A stretch of DNA of 64,000 nt from the UHGV virus genome UHGV-1368455, one strand, 5' to 3'. Below are positions 63,901 to 64,000 of this stretch, piece after piece. Origin of the DNA: a virus. A program made the position numbers and the translations under genes. How positions within the stretch are numbered: position 1 is the stretch's first letter; the number at the start of each line of letters is the position of its first letter. The notes under the pieces are model-generated. The model had not been told where the DNA came from, did no database searches, and saw nothing but the letters and a program-made list of their open reading frames with translations.

Positions 63901-64000
63901 GCTATTAGGAAAAAAGAAATTAAATATGATACTTCTAATATAAACATAAATTATAATACTATTAGTATTGATGACGCTTATAAGATTTTTGAAAATTTAA
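57910..64000 (+). CDS. 5' part (at least 2030 aa) of a giant ORF running off the window; candidate virion-packaged multisubunit-like RNA polymerase (crAss/YonO-type)
   Basis: I translated the whole stretch and found no in-frame stop. At 62740-62817 the peptide YRIPTEGKQSISVLRVVGF...TIIVPEEWVTQTGSDFDVDS resembles the beta-prime double-psi beta-barrel segment (NRQPSLH...NADFDGD) with a DxDxD metal-binding triad. Confidence 0.45.
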   Translation, partial: MNCTINDLNLSFDKDNRLRTTIGRVAGWSVDKAYVLASFLQDESFKKYLSKMLTDKDIIGGAAIDLKNITDNDYININQNKLGSLLNVYYIDHYHSVNNSKTNKALGRLNGFSSGTAKTVGLNYTADRIIDKYYDEFGKAKPKKSQEIIAEVINDIEHELYKQVNLFANNVISSDKYSKAARDYAQKFIDIIKRIEENNNKIKETTIFANANKNQLRQYNGKKVTEEEKSIIKRLTDIDKQYKEELASLGKDNARAALDRYVIAQNLVNLYANNVDGALNKRLRNFANLVAQMKGDTNGWFFQVMNTKRMTSIVKEFNNIGDIEEYIEQQDENNDNIIDKYNGQDVDQTTKSWEDSLYKSFNSAISGKMRIILSRVPKLSSPFNPTAEIQSLDTENELGVKTYMDAQFITVQMFSFGDFSDIESMVRSIERRANTVEELYGIGMLVNQMKQDKVFANYMYANFAKPLVNKTMCVISDLTKESGITFNYSNANAFYSTKMAFDMMNKLRASYNTQYDINDYKTIQALGNKLRNPKLPIEFDDTEIIYNTLLKYFPNIKREVYDNFLRGIKDDKRNALINFTQNLIAIINGAGALKTKINTAIEESNRKYNNAKKKFNQDYNAYLEAGDTQAVKQMKYPTYQGVDYTEYDLDPNTLKAVIRLAENLSDYSASKARLNTANAEGNTASDVTKNCYITRFFEQINAGTEEDSNAGLHALLDYITQGTENGKENQYSNNPLFFGVKDENGRVIIPGMFTRVGDIFNINKNAKEILNYSLFDGTKNTQSGNGSGYASMSKLDFFVTQYIAYANSVGDINENGINKKIGNLDSSVYAMRIGSDAPKIYMIRAPRYNYRQLQYAFYNHLMDELNMYVNSLNKIFRKNNAGEYKLITTTNGLYGRAFFDEGAADNLRKDGKKDMSKAFVEENNGRLQLAGKMFKFLRLFDANGHSAATDIETVLSLYGGVDANATSLFIKDGRTKLKLNKDYINSENGFIKELTDEQGTRFVLDLGATQKKALLNIVDNWMKDVLQESTARTSDFVQAMEHNNIQYTQPMIQSFILNALNMNMNYDDMFEGDFKFYNNARDFLKRTKESQAGGDGCSGYRLTELPRRGITENTYFGEPEIINVKTAKNTEAGTYIVPTYDNGSIVNKPMTARNGFRAVTIHNTIKPSDVAMDLQETLEEEFISQGMSKEDAHARSVKIAGGYFAQTKVNDAQSFITLEEFIRRKYADGTIGNYQDLIAQLLDPNVKAEDIDVDAVNARIQVQKNFYFDKQFDPYTGTFVPRQIKNAEFVLIPKLLPQDSDLIKVYEWMRANDIGQLNTAETDKAAKKNIFTIWSEDTGEFIDPRNNKKFREDYIQNYYYQYLYKQQDVPQHMINEENKLGAQIQKKIIDNVSTASKQVQDWANEYQEALVENIREDYIRFLDRMGWEYDSESGHIVNSEYATKDANGNPLPAEVIKSNRETLNLTDFYTRAREEAARLGMDSNFIEYLIPNEFGVTTMPNLMNNVASKLESVAQALFNRTVTRQTMPGWHAAQVTDVGYSRRLLKFDPKTGVMEVYLPRWSNLLPKPKNAEEEKKLLEQIAKEGLDIHLGYRIPTEGKQSISVLRVVGFTNDALGSTIIVPEEWVTQTGSDFDVDSIYGISYEIYAKKDKKGNITVYKIPCEEDKVDNDNLYINYVNSRLEDKVKRSDIGEEIESRIKELRDSLKAQIGDKLNSNNAAFVAVDTQRNELFNKLPAWARGIIVNEQTKAKRVAKKDKVSVDLRGEYQVINKLFDEQLTKRNLDDATADIIKQYMDYQTSLINIMNEQDGITTFDKDEYISSKKDIIATAVENARKEQVKLCESKANEVGLMSYDDFIKQPLIKRLSRKARNNYILDRMINIMNDRSSREEQYGRSQFEGIAGEETSANDIINKISGQSKRSYSPYNPLDQLDYFEDAMGGARLKALSVNWDTFVSKCNRTHPILSEEDAVEFVLPDEHIEDSAIDYDIKSIKKAYPDAIRKKEIKYDTSNININYNTISIDDAYKIFENL
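60775..60790 (+). repeat. dispersed motif copy, variant TCTCTCTACGGGGGAG (frame SLYGG)
   Basis: Read from sequence. Confidence 0.8.
61222..61237 (-). repeat. dispersed motif copy (CTCCCCCGTAGAGGGA), frame LPRRG
   Basis: Exact. Confidence 0.9.

Overview
This 64-kb window is AT-rich (GC roughly 28-32% by eye), and almost all genes lie on the + strand after a short divergent block at 0.1-1.0 kb. Gene order, gene sizes and a few recognisable motifs fit the virion/late region of a crAss-like (Crassvirales-type) podophage; from family knowledge the host is probably Bacteroidota. Product names are inferred from motifs read by eye, because I could run no homology searches. The inferred order is: small genes including a PD-(D/E)xK nuclease; a lysis cassette (lipoprotein, GH108-type endolysin, overlapping membrane proteins); putative large terminase; portal with a C-terminal coiled coil; an acidic scaffold-like protein; a codon-optimised putative major capsid protein; and a tail module. 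The tail module holds a 1200-aa protein with a lamin-tail domain and a calcineurin-like phosphoesterase domain, a 2591-aa leucine-rich-repeat giant, and a collagen-like tail fibre that contains a perfect 231-bp tandem duplication. Downstream is a block of giant and basic proteins that are probably ejected with the DNA. The last of these is an ORF open from 57910 to beyond the window end; it carries a beta-prime-like double-psi motif ending in DFDVD and is a candidate virion-packaged RNA polymerase. The most unusual signal is a dispersed GC-rich motif of about 16-20 nt, TATCCCTCTACGGGG(G/T)AG, present in 17 copies on both strands. Four co-oriented intergenic copies with a T variant sit at module boundaries. 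About twelve in-frame intragenic copies with a G variant encode SPVEG or PSTGE in linker-like segments, and some pairs share 20-36 nt between unrelated genes. This points to a phage-specific DNA recognition system, for example promoters of a phage polymerase, nicking or priming sites, or a tiny mobile insert. No tRNA, CRISPR array or reverse transcriptase was seen.
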